DNA of 27,155 nucleotides, taken from Gemmatimonadota bacterium. Its GTDB lineage: Bacteria > Gemmatimonadota > Gemmatimonadetes > Gemmatimonadales > Gemmatimonadaceae. This document shows, in pieces, positions 25,497 through 27,155 of this stretch (positions within the stretch are counted from its first letter, which is position 1; each line of letters opens with the position of its first letter). Location: assembly GCA_031372565.1 (NCBI GenBank), contig JANMLN010000174.1:1-27155 (forward strand), read 5' to 3'. The notes under the pieces are model-generated. The model worked only from the letters and a program-made list of their open reading frames with translations. It was not told where the DNA came from and did not search any database. Both the position numbers and the translations under genes were made by a program.

Positions 25497-26914
25497 GCGA
25501 CTCCCTCGCGCGTGGCCGTGCGCCAGGCCACCGCTCCCGTCCATTCGCGGCAGCTGTGGATGGGCACCACCTTGCCCGGGTTGGCGCGCCGATCGGGATC
25601 GAAGGCGCCCCGCAGGCGACACATGGCATCGAGCGTCGGCGCGCCGAAAAGCGCCTCCATGTAGCCGATCTTGTCGAGCCCCACGCCATGCTCGCCGGTG
25701 ATGGTGCCGCCCGCCGCGATGCAGCGCGCCATGATCTGGGTCGTGGCCGCCTGCACGCGCGCCGCCACCTCGGGGTTGTGCCCGTCGTACGGAATGTTCG
25801 GATGCAGGTTGCCGTCGCCGGCGTGGAACACGTTGCACACGGTCACGCCATGCGCACGACCGATGGCATCGATCTCGCCCAGCAGCTCGGCCAGTTGCGT
25901 GCGCGGCACGACGGCATCCTGCACCATGAGGTGCGAGGCCACGCGTCCCATGGCGCCGAACGCCTTCTTGCGGCCTTGCCAGAGCCGTGCACGCGCGGCG
26001 GCGTCGGTGGCCGTCGTCACGTTGCGCGCGCCTGCATCGCGGAGGATCCGCTCGCACGCTGCGGCATCGTCGTCGAGCCCGGCGCGCGCACCGTCGTGCT
26101 CGACCAGCAGGACGGCTGCCGCATCCACCGGATACCCGGCGGCATAGACCGAGGCTTCCACGGCGCGGATGGTGGGTTGGTCCATGAGCTCGAGCGCTGC
26201 GGGCAGCAGCCCGGCTGCGATGATCGCACTCGTGGCGCGCGCTGCCGCGTCGACCGTGGTGAAGTCGGCCAGCTGCGTGATGACGTGCTCCGGCAGCGGA
26301 ACGAGACGCACGGTGAGATCGAGCGCGATGCCAAAACAGCCCTCGGATCCGATGAAGGCCCCGAGCAGATCCAGGCCGTCGCTCTCGCCGCCCAAGTCAC
26401 CGAGCACGACGATCTCTCCATCGGGCAGGATCACCGTGGCCTGCAGCACGTGATTGAGCGTGACGCCGTACTTGAGGCAGTGCGGTCCGCCCGCGTTCTC
26501 GGCGGCGTTGCCCCCCAGCGTGCATGCGGCCTGGCTCGATGGGTCGGGGGCGTACTGCAGTCCCAGCGGTGCCACCACGCGCGAGAGCGTCGCGTTCACG
26601 ACCCCCGGCTCGACGGTGGCGCGCCGACTGGCCGCGTCCACGTGCACAATGCGCTTCAGGCGATTGAGGCCGACCAGCACGACGCCGTCAGCGAGCGCGC
26701 CGCCGGAGAGTCCCGTGCCGGCGCCGCGCGGTACGAACGCCACCTGTGCGCGGGCAAGCGCGCGCACGACCGCGACCAGTTCGTCGCGCGTGCCGGGCAG
26801 CACCGCCAGTTGCGGGACCGCGTGGTGTCCGGGCAGCCCATCGCTGGTGTAGGCGAGGAGACGGCTGGATTCGTCGATCAGGAACCGCTCTCCCACGATG
26901 GCCGCGAGTTCGCG
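25493..26914 (-). CDS. glcD: Glycolate oxidase FAD-linked subunit, native 5' end missing
   Basis: PRGAGTGLSGGA, YAPDPSSQAACTLGGNAAENAGGPHCLKYG, GSEG, HAGDGNLHP, GEHGVG. GC-rich coding stops at ~26914; the ORF-track N-terminus to 26992 comes from AT-rich foreign DNA. Confidence 0.9.
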   Translation of the reverse strand, partial: RELAAIVGERFLIDESSRLLAYTSDGLPGHHAVPQLAVLPGTRDELVAVVRALARAQVAFVPRGAGTGLSGGALADGVVLVGLNRLKRIVHVDAASRRATVEPGVVNATLSRVVAPLGLQYAPDPSSQAACTLGGNAAENAGGPHCLKYGVTLNHVLQATVILPDGEIVVLGDLGGESDGLDLLGAFIGSEGCFGIALDLTVRLVPLPEHVITQLADFTTVDAAARATSAIIAAGLLPAALELMDQPTIRAVEASVYAAGYPVDAAAVLLVEHDGARAGLDDDAAACERILRDAGARNVTTATDAAARARLWQGRKKAFGAMGRVASHLMVQDAVVPRTQLAELLGEIDAIGRAHGVTVCNVFHAGDGNLHPNIPYDGHNPEVAARVQAATTQIMARCIAAGGTITGEHGVGLDKIGYMEALFGAPTLDAMCRLRGAFDPDRRANPGKVVPIHSCREWTGAVAWRTATREGVA

Positions 26915-27121
26915 TATAATGAAGCTTTGGCTTTTCAGTTGGAAGAGTTCAGGCTTCGCGAAGCCTTGCAACGCATACAATCGCAAATGCACATCATTAA
27001 AAAAACCGAAAAGCCTTCTCCCTTTGCATTCCCAATTATGGTGGATAGAATGCGGGAAAAATTGAGTACCGAAACCCTAGAAGAAAGAGTGGCGAAGATG
27101 GTTATTAGGTTGGAGAAGTAG
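26912..27121 (+). pseudogene. C-terminal 69-aa fragment of a ligase-associated DNA damage response DEXH-box (Lhr-type) helicase from a low-GC organism
   Basis: AYNEALAFQLEEFRLREALQRI…KPSPFAFPIMVDRMREKLSTETLEERVAKM resembles the C-terminus I recall for this family (P[TS]PFAFP..V.R.RE.LS.E.L..R); no start codon; ~40% GC. Confidence 0.65.
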
Positions 27122-27155
27122 TTAGAGGAAATTTTACATTTAGCTGGGTATAAAA

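Noticed and set aside
23044..25689. 881-aa GlcF fusion suggested by the ORF track
   Set aside because: The N-terminal half is an off-frame reading of glcE; ATG 24345 overlapping the glcE stop is the natural start.
26915..26992. MHLRLYALQGFAKPELFQLKSQSFII as the true GlcD N-terminus
   Set aside because: It lies in the AT-rich foreign segment and is antisense to a more convincing protein fragment.
150..27121. Many long antisense or alternate-frame ORFs (e.g. 150-1754, 7240-9525, 7703-9823, 14033-16102, most of 25556-27121)
   Set aside because: Shadow ORFs expected in high-GC DNA. They are Arg/Ala/Gly/His-rich, have no motifs and overlap well-supported genes.
1..27155. Frequent GCGATCGC/CGATCG as HIP1-like repeats
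   Set aside because: Explainable by GC-rich codon pairs such as Ala-Ile-Ala; enrichment cannot be shown without counting against a codon-aware null.

Overview
High-GC (roughly 70% by eye) diderm bacterial DNA; protein style suggests Gemmatimonadota, which is an impression only. The left part holds two back-to-back RND efflux loci. One is a minus-strand MdtA/MdtB-like adaptor plus a permease cut by the window edge, preceded by a short mutY and a TetR regulator. The other is a plus-strand TolC-adaptor-AcrB-type operon, separated from tetR by an AT-rich divergent promoter with two 20-bp palindromic operators. The middle holds a UbiB/ABC1 kinase, a VWA protein, an MFS transporter, a YncD-like TonB-dependent receptor, a GNAT, a chelatase-clade AAA+ ATPase and an orphan molybdopterin oxidoreductase. 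The right part holds a monocistronic 97-aa heptad-repeat lipoprotein with a near-consensus promoter and strong terminator, a 2x30-bp tandem repeat, ygfZ and glcDEF. The last ~240 bp switch abruptly to ~40% GC and encode what looks like the C-terminus of an unrelated Lhr-type helicase, replacing the glcD 5' end (probably a chimeric junction). Best leads: (1) the Braun-lipoprotein-like heptad lipoprotein; (2) the split AAA+/VWA module beside an orphan Mo enzyme; (3) the foreign junction; (4) the resolvable TetR operator and shared -35 architecture. No CRISPR, tRNA, rRNA, transposase or integrase was seen. All family calls come from motif recognition, not database searches.
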